From IMG/VR virus record IMGVR_UViG_3300021399_000106, positions 64,001 to 128,000 of that record: DNA of 64,000 bases, one strand, 5' to 3'. The translations under genes and the position numbers were made by a program. Under the pieces are notes generated by a model, which had not been told where the DNA came from, did not search any database, and saw only the letters and a program-made list of their open reading frames with translations. Position 1 is the stretch's first letter. Each line of letters begins with the position of its first letter. Shown piece by piece: positions 34,348 through 47,134 of the stretch. This DNA comes from a virus. Its lineage: Duplodnaviria > Caudoviricetes.

Positions 34348-37300
34348 ATGGCAATTAATTTAAGTAATATTAGTCAATATTTTCAATATCCATCAAAGGT
34401 AGCAGAGTTAAAAGATAGATTATATAACATCTTAAAAAATAAAGGTATTGAAGTTACTGCTGCTGAAAGCTTAAATTCTTTAATAGAAAAGGTTAGAGAA
34501 GTTGAGCCAGCACTTGAACCTCAAACAATTTATCTAACTCAAAATAATACAAGCTATGATGTAACAGAATATACAGAGGCAATTGTTGATGTTCCTCCTG
34601 TAACAGTTGAAAATGATTTAGATGGTTTAATTGACGGAAGTTTAAAATCATTTACAATGCCTTCTACTATATCAAGTTTAGCAAATGAGAGATTTTTGAA
34701 TTTTAAAGACCTATCCACTGTAATAGCTCCTCGATTAAAAGAAATTCCAGATTCTACTTTTGAAAAATGTATTTCTCTAGAAGAATTAAATTTACCTGAG
34801 GTTAATTTAATTGGTAATTCAGCTTTTAAAGATTGTGTAAAGCTAAGTAGTATAAATGTAAATAATGCTTATTATATTGGTGAAAATGCTTTTGAAAATA
34901 ATATTAACTTGCAAAATATTGATTTAACTAATCTAAGAGAGTTACAATCCGGAACATTTAAAAATTGCTATAACTTATCAAGTATCTCTGCTCCTAATGT
35001 TAGATTAATTGACGGTTCAAGATTATTTGTAAATACTAATTTATCTGAATTAAATTTTCCAAACGTTTACAGTTTAAGATCCTTAACCTTATCAAGTAAT
35101 CGTAATTTAAAGTATATATCATTTCCAAATTTATTATATGTATGAGAATTGAATTTACCTTCTGGAATGAATAATACTGAATTAAATTTCAGTAAATTAT
35201 CCTATTTAACTCATACTTCTTTAGTTGACAGTACTACAATGAGACCTTTTATAAATTCTTGGTCAAATTTAACTTCAATAAATATGAGTTTATTATTAAC
35301 ATTATCTGCCATTTGACAGGCATGATTTGTTAAGAGTTGTCCTAATCTAACAGAAATAAAATTTCCTTTATTAACAAGAATATATTCAGATGGTTTAGCT
35401 TGTGACTTACCTAACTTAAAAACAATTGATTTAGGTTATTTATCATCAATGCCTACATTCTTTGCTAGTAGTTATTATTTTATACATAATTGTGAAAACC
35501 TAGAATCTATTAACTGTAAATATTTATCAAATATTGCTAGTTATTTTATGAGTAGTAATAAGATAAGTAGCTTAGATTTACCTAATACACAATATATTTA
35601 CACTTCAGCTTTTAATAATCTTTCATTATTAAGTAAGATAAATGCCTCAGTAGTTAGTTATATAGGAAATACTGCATTTCTAAATTGTTATAATTTAAGT
35701 GATTATAATTTTGAACATCTAACCTTTATTGGAAATAGTGCATTCAAAAATTGTAGTTCAATGTCAAAAGCTGTAAAAATGGAAACTAATGAGGTTCACA
35801 GTAATGCATTTAATGGATGTTATAATCTAAAAGAAATTTATTTTAATACTGTAAGTACAGGATATTATATAGACAAGGATGCATTCAGTAATTGTGGAAT
35901 ATTAACAGATCCAAATGGTAAAATTTATGTTCCATCATCTAAATACAGTAATTATATTAATACTTATAGTTCATATTTATTTGTAAGTAAAATTACTTCA
36001 ATGTCTGAACAATATGAAAGTGAAACAGCATTTGCTTATGAATTTACTAACTCAGGTCTTACATCTTTTCCTGAAAGTAAAATTAATGTTAAGGCAATAA
36101 ATCAATATGCATTCTCTGGATGTAAGCTAAAAGGAAGTATTACTTTATCTAATCTTGAATATATAGGAAATAAGGCATTTTACAATATGTGAAGTGCCAA
36201 TAACAGTTTAACTCTTAATCTTCCTTCATGTAAAACAATTTCTACTTATGCTTTTTACAATAATACAGCATCAGTTTCATATATTTTACCTGAGGTGGAA
36301 TATATTGGACATTACGCTTTCCAACACAATCCTAACTCAGCTTGTTTTGTATCAATTTCAATGCCAAATGTAAAATATATAGGAGATTATGCCTTTCAAT
36401 CTATTAGATATCTCACCATATCTTCTCCAGAATTAAGTAATCTAGAGTATATTGGAAGTTATGCTTTTGCTTCTATATATTATAAATTCAGTGTTGAAGG
36501 AGGAACTTTAAGTTTACCTAAACTTGAAGTAGTAAACGATTATGCATTCTATGAGATTGGATATCGATATGGGGCAAGTTGACGTTTTAACTTATATGCA
36601 CCTAAACTTAAAAATATACAATACGGAGCATTCCAAAATTGTTACACATTAAGTAGTGTTACTCTATCAGATATAGAAATAATAGGAGGTTATGCTTTTA
36701 ACAGCTGTGCAGCCTTAAGAACAATTGATTCATTATATAATTGTAAAGTAATTAGTAATAATGCATTCTATAATGATTATAACCTATCTTTCTCTATATC
36801 ATCTCCAAATTTACTTAGTGTTGGTCAAAGTGCCTTCTTTGGTACAAAATTAAATTATTTTAGTGCACCAGAATTATTATTCTTGGCCGCAGATGCATTT
36901 AATGGATGTGCCAGTTTATCTACCGTTTATGCTCCAAAAATAAATAAGTTATATACCAATGTATTTCAAGGATGTACTAGTTTATCAAGTTTAACTTTAG
37001 ATTTTTCAGCCATATCGGAAATACAACAAGGTGCGTTATCAGGATGTTGATTACTTTCAGAATTAAATTTACCAAATGTTACTTCTATATCTAACTATGC
37101 ATTTAAAAATTGCTATTCTTTAAGTAATCTAATAATTAATAGTAATTATTCATATATTAAACAAGGAACATTTGCAGGATGTAGTAATTTAGATTTTACA
37201 AATATCAATCTTGAAAATATGACATCAATCGAAAGTGAAGCATTTAGTGGTTGTTCTAAGTTATACTCTATAAAGAATAATTATATTTATAGAGTTGAAT

Positions 37301-40300
37301 CTTCAGTATTCCTTAACTGTACAGGTATTTCAGAAATTAATTTACCAAATGTTGTAGAATTAGATAATAATGCTTTTTATGACTGTACAAATTTAAGTAA
37401 TTTAAATATCAAATATTCAAATATTTATAAAATTCCTCAAGGTGCTTTCTTAAATTGTTATAACTTAAGTAGTTTATATTTTGAAAGGTTAGAATCTATT
37501 GAATCAAGTTGTTTCCAAAATTGTAGTGGCTTAACAGAATTTAATTTAGTTAATGTAACAATAGTTCCAAATAATGCCTTTGACGGATGTCAAAAATTAA
37601 GTAGTATTAATCTGGGAAATGTTACATCTATTGGTGAATCAGCATTCCATAATTGTTATTCTTTAAATAATATTAATTTAAATAATATTGAATATATTGG
37701 AAGTTATGCTTTTGATAGATGTTCTACTCTAAGTATCAGTATTCCTAACTTAAGTGTAGTTAGATCTGCAACTTATCGAGGAACTGATATAAAAGAAATC
37801 ATAAATGATTCAGTGAATGCAATTCATGAAACCGCATTTTATAGTTGTAGTAATTTAAGTGAAATTTCACTTCCTAATCTTTATTCTATATCAATGTCAG
37901 CTTTCCAATATTGTAATAACTTAACTAGTATATATATTCCTAATATTAGAAGTATAGGTGCTGCTGCATTTGCAAGTACAGGAATATATAGTATACCTGA
38001 AGGAATAGATAATAATTTATCCCAAATTCCTCAAAGTTGTTTCCAGAGTTGTAATAATTTATATGAATTAAAATTAAATTCAATTTTATCTATAGGTTCT
38101 GCAGCATTCTACAGTTGTAATTCTTTAAGTGAAATTGAATTAATAAATATTAAAGATACATCTGCATTAGGTAGTAGTGCCTTCTTATATTGTAATAATC
38201 TAGAAAGAATATCGTTACCAAATATTACTAACTTAAGATCTTACTACTGATATGGCGGAAATTATTCATTCTCTGAAAATACAGCTTATTATATATTTGG
38301 TGGTGCTAATAATAACATAAAGGAAATATATGCTCCAAAATGTAGCCAGTTTGCTCACTATATATTCTATGGTAACTTACCTAAAATTGAAAGTATATAC
38401 TTACCAGAATGTACATATATAAATGGATCTCCATTCTCTGGTAAGGCATATTTAAAAAATGTTGATTTAGGAAAAATGTCTTATTTATGAGATTATGCTT
38501 TCTATAACTGTTCTGTATTAAATACTATAAATATAAGTAATATCTTTTCTGTAGGAAACTATACCTTCCAAAGTTGTGGATCTCTAATTTCTATGAACTT
38601 ACCTAGGGTTTCAAGTATTGGTATTAATGCGTTCTTCAATTGTATAAATTTAAGTGAAATTAAGGCTACATATTTAAATTCATTAGGTCAATCGGCTTTA
38701 GCTGGATGTAGTAATCTGAAAAATATTGATGCTCTTACCATCGACAATATTGCTTATTTAGCTTTACTAAATTGCTCTAATTTAGAATCTATAAAAGCAT
38801 GTTATATAGACCAATCAGCCATTTGGAATTGTACACATTTAAGTAATATTTATTTATTAACTGCTAGTAGTAATGCTATTAACATAGCAAATCAACTTAG
38901 TACTACACCAATAGGCAACTCAACCTATTTAGGATACTACGGAAGTATATATGTTCCAAGTTCAAGAGTATCAGTTTATCAAGCTAATTATGCATCTTAC
39001 TCTGAGAGATTTACATCCTTACCATCAGAGATGGAAAATAACTACATACACGCATATCAATATGCCTTAAAAACTATATCTTTATCAGAAATTAAAACTG
39101 AAGCATCTTATATATTACGTTATGCATTTAATAATGCATCATTTGCAGATTTTTCAGAATTAAATCTAAGTAACGTGAAATATATAGGTAGTTATGCATT
39201 CAGAAGTTGTTATAGTTTAACATCAATAAACTTACCAGAATGTGAACGTATAGAATATAGAGCATTTGAAAATTGTACCAATTTAGAGTATATATCATTA
39301 CCAAAAGTTTACAGTATTGGTGATGCGGCATTCTACAATTGTAATAAATTAAAAGTTTTATCATTACCTGAAATAACATATGGCGGCTCAATATTTACTA
39401 ACTTATATTCATTAGAAGAACTATATGTAAGTAAGATAAGAGAGATATCTGTTATTAATTTATCAAAATTAACTATTTTAGATGCTGCTGAAGCTTATTG
39501 GTGATGAGGACCTCAAAGTGCATCAATTAGATATTTAAATTTACCTAAACTATCTTATTTAAAAATAGGAAATTATAATCAAAGTAATGCTAATTTATGA
39601 GGAACTCAATTATCTACTACCATTGAATATTTAAATATTGGTGCCTCATATATAAGTCAACATTCATCAATTTTGGCAAGTAGAAGTTATGGATCAGTTA
39701 TAATGTCAAATATATTAGATATTCCTTCGTATATGTTTAATAGTGCAACTATAAGTTATGCGGAATTTAATAAGGTTACTTCGTTAGGAGTAGCTGCATT
39801 TAGAGGTGCTTCAATAGGTCAACTTAGTTTACCTGAGTTACTTAATGTTAGTGCTAATGGATTTGAGGGTGCTACCATTTTAGGTACATTAGATCTTCCT
39901 AAGGCTAGATATTTAGGAGCTTATGCATTATCTAATTTAAAATGTTCTGATATAAGTATGCCTCAGGTTTCAATGGTATCAAATTATGCATTATATAGAG
40001 TATCTGCATCTACATTAAAATTTAATGCCGTTATGTCTATGGGAACACATACTAATTATCAATTTGCAGGAGCATCAGTTAAATACTTTGTATTCAATAA
40101 CAATATACAAACCTTCTATCAAGGTTATAATTTTGCAGATAATTCAGTTTTAGAAAAGGTTGTATTTAAAGGAAGTATATTAACTTGAGGAAATTGATAT
40201 GGTTCAAATACAGTATTCCCTAATACACCAATAGCAAATTCAACTTATCTAGGTTATTATGGAAGTGTATATGTTCCTCGTAGTTATTTAGATTCTTATA

Positions 40301-40389
40301 GAACAGGGGTTTTCAGTTATTATAGTAATCGTGTAACTGCAATTGAAGATCATGAAAGTGAGTTAAGAGAACTTGGATTAATTGATTAA
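34348..40389 (+). CDS. Giant BspA-type (LRR_5) leucine-rich-repeat protein, ~2013 aa
   Basis: All six track fragments are in one frame, separated only by TGA (13 by my count); dozens of LPxxxxIGxxAFxxCxxL repeats. Confidence 0.9.
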
Positions 40390-40433
40390 TAAAATAATTG
40401 TATAATATTAATATAAATTGAAAGGAAAATATT

Positions 40434-41432
40434 ATGAAATTACAAATTTTAATACCACATTATAATGAACCATTTGAAATAATGAAACCAATGCTAGATA
40501 GCTTAGCAGTTCAACAGAATATTGATTTTGATGAATTAGGTGTAATTATTACAAATGATGGTAATGAAAATGTTTTAGACGAAAAACTATTTGAGTCATA
40601 TCCATTTAAAATTGAATATTATATAAATGAACATAAAGGTGTTTCAGCAACAAGAAATGCTTGTTTAGATAAAGCCAAAGCAGATTATGTAATGTTTGCT
40701 GACTGTGATGATATGTTCTATTCAGTTACTGGATTATGGACAATCTTTAATGAAATTGAAAATGGTGGATTTGAAACATTCATTTCAGTATTTGTTGAAG
40801 AAGGAAGACATCCTGACAGTGGAGAAGTATATTATCTATTTAGAGGAGATCCAAATAATGGTGGAATTGATTCCACATTTGTTCATGGAAAGGTTCATAA
40901 TAGAAAATTCTTATTAAGAAATAAGATTAGATGGAATGATAGTTTAACAATTCATGAAGATTCATTCTTTAATTGTTTATGTCAAAGATTAGCAGATCCA
41001 ACAAAAGCTAAATTCTGTCCTATGCCATTCTATTTATGGAAATGGAATGATAATAGTGTTTGTAGACATGATCCAAAATATATTTTAAAAACATATAATA
41101 ATATGTTAGATAGTAATACAGCATTAGTATCAGAATTCCAAAAGCGTGGTAGATTACAAGATGCACAATTTTATTCAGTAAGTATGATATTTGATGCATA
41201 CTATACAATGAATAAAGATGAATGGATTAACCAGGAAAATAAAGAATATAGAGATAATACAGAAAAGAGATTTAAAAATTATTATTTACAATTTAAAGTA
41301 TTATTTGATACCTGTCCTGAACAAACAAAGAATATGATAATTCAAGGAATTAGAACTAGAATGTTTGGAGAAGGTTTAGGATTAGAAAAGATTACCTTCG
41401 ACCAATGGATTAAACATATCGAATCATTATAA
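40434..41432 (+). CDS. Glycosyltransferase family 2
   Basis: ILIPHYNE, NDG, GVSATRN, FADCDD, HED. Confidence 0.9.
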   Translation: MKLQILIPHYNEPFEIMKPMLDSLAVQQNIDFDELGVIITNDGNENVLDEKLFESYPFKIEYYINEHKGVSATRNACLDKAKADYVMFADCDDMFYSVTGLWTIFNEIENGGFETFISVFVEEGRHPDSGEVYYLFRGDPNNGGIDSTFVHGKVHNRKFLLRNKIRWNDSLTIHEDSFFNCLCQRLADPTKAKFCPMPFYLWKWNDNSVCRHDPKYILKTYNNMLDSNTALVSEFQKRGRLQDAQFYSVSMIFDAYYTMNKDEWINQENKEYRDNTEKRFKNYYLQFKVLFDTCPEQTKNMIIQGIRTRMFGEGLGLEKITFDQWIKHIESL

Positions 41433-41436
41433 AAAA

Positions 41437-41560
41437 TAAAGCCTTATAATAAGGCTTTTTATTTTGTATTTCCTATCAAATTCCTTGTATTTTAAGGTTT
41501 TTATTAATTCATAATAAAAGTATAAACACAAAAATAAAAGAGGTTTAAAACCTCTTTTTT
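41437..41560. terminator. Pair of hairpin terminators where the two transcriptional arms converge
   Basis: AAAGCCTTA..TAAGGCTTTTT and AAAAGAGGTTT.AAACCTCTTTTT between convergent genes. Confidence 0.8.
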
Positions 41561-41562
41561 AT

Positions 41563-42441
41563 TTATATTAAATTACAAGTAATATATGATAATAAGTTAT
41601 CTCTACTTAAATCTAAATTACCACTTTTAATTTTATAATCTATTCCTGTTAAAAATTCTATATTACTAATTAATTTATTTTCTGTAAACTTTGATGCTTG
41701 ATTACTTCTTAAATACCAAACTTGTTTATCTGACATTTTTAATTCTTTAATATAACTTTGATTATTTGTTTTAACTGCTAATAATTGTTTAAATTTCTTT
41801 AATAATATTGTTACAACTGCTAATGGTTCAATATCAATTAATTCCATTTCTTTCATCATACTAATAACTTTTTGCATATCATGTAATATTAAAGCATCGG
41901 TAAAATTAAATATATTTAAATCTGTTAAATCACAATATCCATTATCAGCATTTATTTGTCTAAATATTTCTTTTTGAGAACCTATTGGAAATGCCTCTAT
42001 CTTTTTACATTCTTGATCTAATCTATAAATATCATAACCACATATTTGACATAACCATAATATTGTGTTATCATCTAATCCCTTTAATCTATATTTAACA
42101 AAGTCTTCAATTTGCCAATTTACAGGTTTAGCAACATCTATATAATCAACCTCTAAATTATCAGGTAATTTTTTACACATAACAATTAGATTTTTAAATG
42201 ATGAATCAGGATATTCTTTTAATTCATCAACATCAATAATATATAAACTATCATCAACACCAAAAGCATCTTCTTCTGCCTCATATATTGAATTAATATA
42301 TACTTTTTCTTTATTTCTAAGTTCTGCAATAGTATCTATATATTGTTTACATAAAAATTTATTATCAGCATATTTAAATATAATTAAATCATCATTTAAA
42401 GTTTTATCTTTTATTTTTTGTTTTAAAGCTTTTAATTCCAT
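41563..42441 (-). CDS. holA: Clamp-loader delta subunit-like
   Basis: CGYDIYRLDQECKKI, NIFNFTDAL, IDYKIKSG. Confidence 0.75.
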   Translation of the reverse strand: MELKALKQKIKDKTLNDDLIIFKYADNKFLCKQYIDTIAELRNKEKVYINSIYEAEEDAFGVDDSLYIIDVDELKEYPDSSFKNLIVMCKKLPDNLEVDYIDVAKPVNWQIEDFVKYRLKGLDDNTILWLCQICGYDIYRLDQECKKIEAFPIGSQKEIFRQINADNGYCDLTDLNIFNFTDALILHDMQKVISMMKEMELIDIEPLAVVTILLKKFKQLLAVKTNNQSYIKELKMSDKQVWYLRSNQASKFTENKLISNIEFLTGIDYKIKSGNLDLSRDNLLSYITCNLI

Positions 42442-43235
42442 TATTTAGCCACCTTCCATAAATTAGATAAGAAGTTACTCATAAATAATTCTTTATTTAA
42501 TCGCTTATCAACTAACTTTTTTCTAGATTCAATAGTATATAAATAACATTTTAAACTTTTATTATTTTTATTACCTATAAAATCTGAATAATAACAATAA
42601 GTTAAACAATCAAAGAATAAATCTAAATCAAATTTATTATATTCATCCTTATAATTAATTTTATCTGTAATAGTTAAAGTATTTAAATAACTAGCTTTAT
42701 CTATTTTTGTAACAATAGTATTACATAAATTATACAAATCTTGAACATAACTATCTAAATTAGTTTCAATAATTTTTCCAGGACTTCTTACAATGTTTAA
42801 TATTAAATCTTCATTATTACAATTCTTGGTAAATTCCTTTAATTCTTCTTTTGTATATTGTTCTAATTCAAATATAATACATCTATTTAAAATGGTGTTT
42901 AAAACGGTATTTTTATTGTCTACTAATAAAATTAAAAAAGAGGTATTAATTGGTTCTTCAATTAATTTTAACATTGTATTGGATTCTTTTTCAGTGATTC
43001 CTGTGAAATCAATAACATATATTAAAGGATTAGGATTAAGATATATTTGCTTAATAAAATCTGAATTTAAATCTTCAGTTATATCTACTACAGGTAAGTG
43101 TAATATATTATCTTTTATATAATTTACTAAGGTATGCTTTCCCATACCTTTTTCCCCAATTAACATTGTAGATCTAGGAAAGTTATCAATAGTGTATTTA
43201 TTAAGTTGTTGTAATAATTTTCTTTGACCTATCAT
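42441..43235 (-). CDS. holB: Clamp-loader delta-prime subunit-like
   Basis: MIGQ, GEKGMGK, NTMLKLIEEP, TILNRC. Confidence 0.8.
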   Translation of the reverse strand: MIGQRKLLQQLNKYTIDNFPRSTMLIGEKGMGKHTLVNYIKDNILHLPVVDITEDLNSDFIKQIYLNPNPLIYVIDFTGITEKESNTMLKLIEEPINTSFLILLVDNKNTVLNTILNRCIIFELEQYTKEELKEFTKNCNNEDLILNIVRSPGKIIETNLDSYVQDLYNLCNTIVTKIDKASYLNTLTITDKINYKDEYNKFDLDLFFDCLTYCYYSDFIGNKNNKSLKCYLYTIESRKKLVDKRLNKELFMSNFLSNLWKVAK

Positions 43236-43243
43236 TTAATCAC

Positions 43244-43936
43244 CTACTTATTTCTTGGATCTGAGGCATATTGATTCCATTTTTTATCTTCTTCTAATTC
43301 CTTATAAAATTGCTCCTTGGCTTCCTTTATTATTTCAGCCTTAGTTTGACGCTTTTTTCTAGTTTTAGGTTTGGTATCATTATATACTTTTTCAATATCA
43401 CTTGCAACAATCTTCAAATTCTCTAAAGACTCTAAATTATCATGATTATTAAATGTTTTCATTGTTGCATTAGTTACTTCAGGATTAAAATTAACTTTAT
43501 ATTGTCCATTTTCACCTTCAATTAGTTCTATTTCATCATCAGTATCTACATCATCTGACTTCAATTCAGCCATTAAATCATTTAAATAACTTTTATTATA
43601 TTCATCAACTTTCTTATACATTTCAGTTAATTCTTGTTTCTTTTCTTCTTCACTTTTTAAATATAACCAATTAAATTCAGTAATTAATCTTGGGTCTAAA
43701 CATCCATTAACAATCGCTACTAATTGATCAATTGTAATATCGCCTGACTTCAACATATAAACATTTTTACAAACGTTTAAAAACATTTCCTGTAAATTAG
43801 TTAATTTAAAATTTAAAGAATCAATAATTTTTTGCTTCTCTGCCTTAATTTCATTTACTTTACTTTGAGAATAATCATCAGCAGCCTTAATTAAATCACC
43901 ATATTTTTCTTCATATAAATCGCCAACAATACTCAT
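43244..43936 (-). CDS. Hypothetical coiled-coil protein
   Basis: ORF within the clamp-loader operon. Confidence 0.6.
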   Translation of the reverse strand: MSIVGDLYEEKYGDLIKAADDYSQSKVNEIKAEKQKIIDSLNFKLTNLQEMFLNVCKNVYMLKSGDITIDQLVAIVNGCLDPRLITEFNWLYLKSEEEKKQELTEMYKKVDEYNKSYLNDLMAELKSDDVDTDDEIELIEGENGQYKVNFNPEVTNATMKTFNNHDNLESLENLKIVASDIEKVYNDTKPKTRKKRQTKAEIIKEAKEQFYKELEEDKKWNQYASDPRNK

Positions 43937-43937
43937 A

Positions 43938-44957
43938 TTAGATACCCCTACTTATTGCTATAAACATAGCTTCAATTGTTGTTTTTGAGTTAACATCATA
44001 TTTAATTGCATTTTTAATATCTAATACTTTACCAATTAATTTATTAGTCCAATCTAAAATATTTGGTATACTTGAATAACCTTTACATCTATTATCTAAA
44101 TTTGCTGGAATTTTAACATAACTAATATCATTATATAAACAATACTTAGCTAAATCTAATGCAAAATCTAAATATTGGTCAACAAATAATTTTAAATCTC
44201 TTCCTTGATTGAAATAGCTATTAATTGTAGTTAAAACATTACCTTCATCTTGGTTTAATAAATCACCTGTTAGATTGAAGAATGAATCATAACTGAAGTC
44301 ACCTAATGCTTCTAATACATTATTGATGCTTAAATCTGTATTAAATAGTGAAGCTTTCTCAAGTGCGACAATGCCATCACGCATTCCACCTTGACATAAT
44401 TTAGAAATATAATCACAAGCATCGCTATAATTTGTAAATCCTTCTTTTTCACAAATATATTCTAATCTTTGTTTAATTAATTTTGAATCTATTTTAGACA
44501 GGTTGAATTTAATCACACGATTTACGATTGTTGCAGGCATTTTTTCAGGATTTGTAGTACAGAACATAAAAATACTATACTTAGGTGGTTCCTCAATTGT
44601 TTTTAAGAAGGCATTTCAACCTGCTGTTGTTATCATATGACATTCATCTATAATAAATATCTTATATTCAGCGCCATCAATACATCTACTATTAGCTTCT
44701 TCAATAATATTTCTGATATTATCAACACCATTATTAGAAGCACCATCAATCTCAATTATTTCGCCTCTACCTTCGTTAATTTCATTTCCAAATATTCTTG
44801 CAATAGTTGTTTTACCACAGCCAGAAGGTCCACAGAAAGCATAACAATTAGTGTATTGTTTCTTTTGTAACTGTTGTTTTAGTATTGTAATAATTGATTG
44901 TTGGCTTACGCACTCCTCAAATGTTTTAGGTCTATATTTTACACTTAAAGATTCCAT
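43938..44957 (-). CDS. dnaX: Clamp-loader gamma/tau subunit
   Basis: KYRPKTF, GPSGCGKTT, EIDGASNNGVD, DECHMITTAG(W=TGA)NAFLKTIEEPP, GGMRD. Confidence 0.93.
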
Positions 44958-44988
44958 TTAATCAACTCCTTAATAATATAATTATACA

Positions 44989-45345
44989 TTATAATTTTTG
45001 TAATACTTGAATATCATCTAAAGATACTCAACCATTTCAAAAGTTATATGTATCCTTTTTATTTAAAACATCGTATCCAATAGCTGTAACTTGAATCATC
45101 TTGGAAACAATATTATTTATTTCACATTTAAGATATCTATCTTTTGGCATAAATCCTTTATTTCAATTTTCTTTTAATGTGTTATTATAGAAAAATGAAT
45201 CATTTAAATATATTAAATATGCCTTGTTAATTTCGATTTTAATGGTTTTTTTCTGAGGTATTATATAAGTGTTGGTTTTCGGATCAAAATTGCTTAAATC
45301 AGCAATTTCAACCTTTTCCAACTGTTTTTTAATTAAGTCATTCAC
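44989..45345 (-). CDS. Hypothetical protein
   Basis: Open through three TGA to TAA. Confidence 0.65.
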
Positions 45346-46004
45346 TATTTAACAATTCCTTCTTCTAAGTAAGTTGCAGCGAAATCTGCAAGGTGTAATA
45401 AAACTGCTAATGGATATTTATTACAGATTTGACTCTGGTCAATATTAGTATTTCCATTACCTGTATTCATGTGATGATTCATAATAGCAACTGTTTCATC
45501 ATGATTTAAAGGAATGAATCTACTAAGTAATAGTACAGAATTTTCCTCATGAGTTCCAGCTAGGAATCTATCCTCAGGTTCTCTTACAGTCCAACCTTCA
45601 ACTGAAACCCATTCATACTTACCTAAGTTATCATGTTTAGAACCTTGTTCATTATATATTTTCTTGTTCATTATTGTTTTTTCATAAAAATTAATCTTTG
45701 AAATATCATGAAATAATCCACAAACAAGTAAGCTATTTTCATCAATAGGTCCTGTTATATGTTTATATTGTTCATATAAATTAACTAATGAATAATAAAC
45801 ATTTAAACTGTGTTGGCAAAGACCTCCATCATAATTTGAATGATATTTAGTAGATGCAGGAGCAAAGAAGAAATCAGAATTTTGTAAATATCCAATTAAT
45901 GCTTCCTTATCTACTCCTTCAATTGTTATCTTGTTAACTAAGTTTATAAATGTAAGTCTATTTTCTTCAATTTCATTTGCAGTTAGTTTTTTTGCGTTTA
46001 ACAT
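45345..46004 (-). CDS. HD-domain phosphohydrolase
   Basis: APASTKYH..GGLCQHS, FHDISK, HH, LHLAD. Confidence 0.88.
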   Translation of the reverse strand: MLNAKKLTANEIEENRLTFINLVNKITIEGVDKEALIGYLQNSDFFFAPASTKYHSNYDGGLCQHSLNVYYSLVNLYEQYKHITGPIDENSLLVCGLFHDISKINFYEKTIMNKKIYNEQGSKHDNLGKYEWVSVEGWTVREPEDRFLAGTHEENSVLLLSRFIPLNHDETVAIMNHHMNTGNGNTNIDQSQICNKYPLAVLLHLADFAATYLEEGIVK

Positions 46005-46417
46005 TATTTAATCTCCTTTTTCATATTATCTTCTCAACTATATAATCTAAGTATAGCATCATGAATAAATCCTTGTATCCATTTTTCGGATTCCGATCTA
46101 TCTCCTCCACCTACAAGATAAATCAATAAAATTCTACCTTTATAGGTTAACTTGATATCCTCTCATCCTGCATTATCAAACCATCTTAATTCGGCACCAT
46201 AGATGCCATCTTTTTTCAATTCAGGAAAGGTAGTTATAATATCTAATTTTCTATCAATTATATATTTCATATCTTCTTTATAATTGGTGTTATAGGAACC
46301 AAAACTTATTTCTTCACCATCATAAACAGTATAAAATTGTTGACCATAATCATCCATATAGAAATCAACATGTTTGCCTCTATAATCTAAGGTATCAACT
46401 ATATCTTTATCTGGCAT
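46004..46417 (-). CDS. Hypothetical protein
   Basis: Extended through TGA 46163 and a second TGA to a TAATG overlap with the HD gene. Confidence 0.6.
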
Positions 46418-46418
46418 A

Positions 46419-46655
46419 TTATTTGTCCTTTCCCATTACTCTATGTTTACCTTCTAAAGCTGAACCTTTTTTACGACAAGATATTTGAATAACATTGTTA
46501 TCAATACCTAACATACAATCATCTATTTCATATTCATTAAATCTATCTGTAAAACATATTTCAACTTCTGGTAAAGCACTAGGATTTAATTTTTCAAATG
46601 GTTTACATAATTTATCAATAAATTTTTTCAATTGTAATAGTTTAGTTATTTCCAT
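46419..46655 (-). CDS. Hypothetical protein
   Basis: ORF within an operon. Confidence 0.55.
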   Translation of the reverse strand: MEITKLLQLKKFIDKLCKPFEKLNPSALPEVEICFTDRFNEYEIDDCMLGIDNNVIQISCRKKGSALEGKHRVMGKDK

Positions 46656-46660
46656 TTTAA

Positions 46661-47134
46661 CTAATCCTCACTTTCTTGTAATTTTTCTTTTGGGTTTTCA
46701 TATTTATCCCCAATAACAACTTCCTCTAAATAAATTCTATCTTCAAACTTACCATTAGTGAAAGCCTTATAATTTCTTGCATTACCTAAAGTTGTTTCAG
46801 TTTCCCCATGAGTTTTAGCTAAGGCAAAAATAACTTCTAAAATATCAGCTAATTCTTTAACATCATCACTTTCAAGATATTCTAAAACTTCTTCACATAA
46901 TTTATTTTTTAATGCATTTCTGTATTCTACATCATCTAATTTTCTGTATTTAATAGCAGTTCCTGATGGATTATTTTTTAAAATTATGTTAGGAATATTA
47001 TCTCTAACTAATTTTGGATATTGACCAAAAGGATTTTTATTAGTTTTTAAATATTCCAATGCTTTATCGAGAGCCTTATCTAATTCAGGATCTATTTTTA
47101 TATTTTTTAGAATTGGATTTTCAATATTACTCAT
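46661..47134 (-). CDS. MazG-like all-alpha NTP pyrophosphohydrolase
   Basis: KLVRDNIP, KLCEEVLE, ELADILEV; likely start at MSNIEN after GGAGG. Confidence 0.8.
   Translation of the reverse strand: MSNIENPILKNIKIDPELDKALDKALEYLKTNKNPFGQYPKLVRDNIPNIILKNNPSGTAIKYRKLDDVEYRNALKNKLCEEVLEYLESDDVKELADILEVIFALAKTHGETETTLGNARNYKAFTNGKFEDRIYLEEVVIGDKYENPKEKLQESED

Noticed and set aside
38900-40280. Diversity-generating retroelement TR/VR pair in the BspA gene
   Set aside because: Both copies are coding, their differences are not restricted to adenines, and no reverse transcriptase is in the window.
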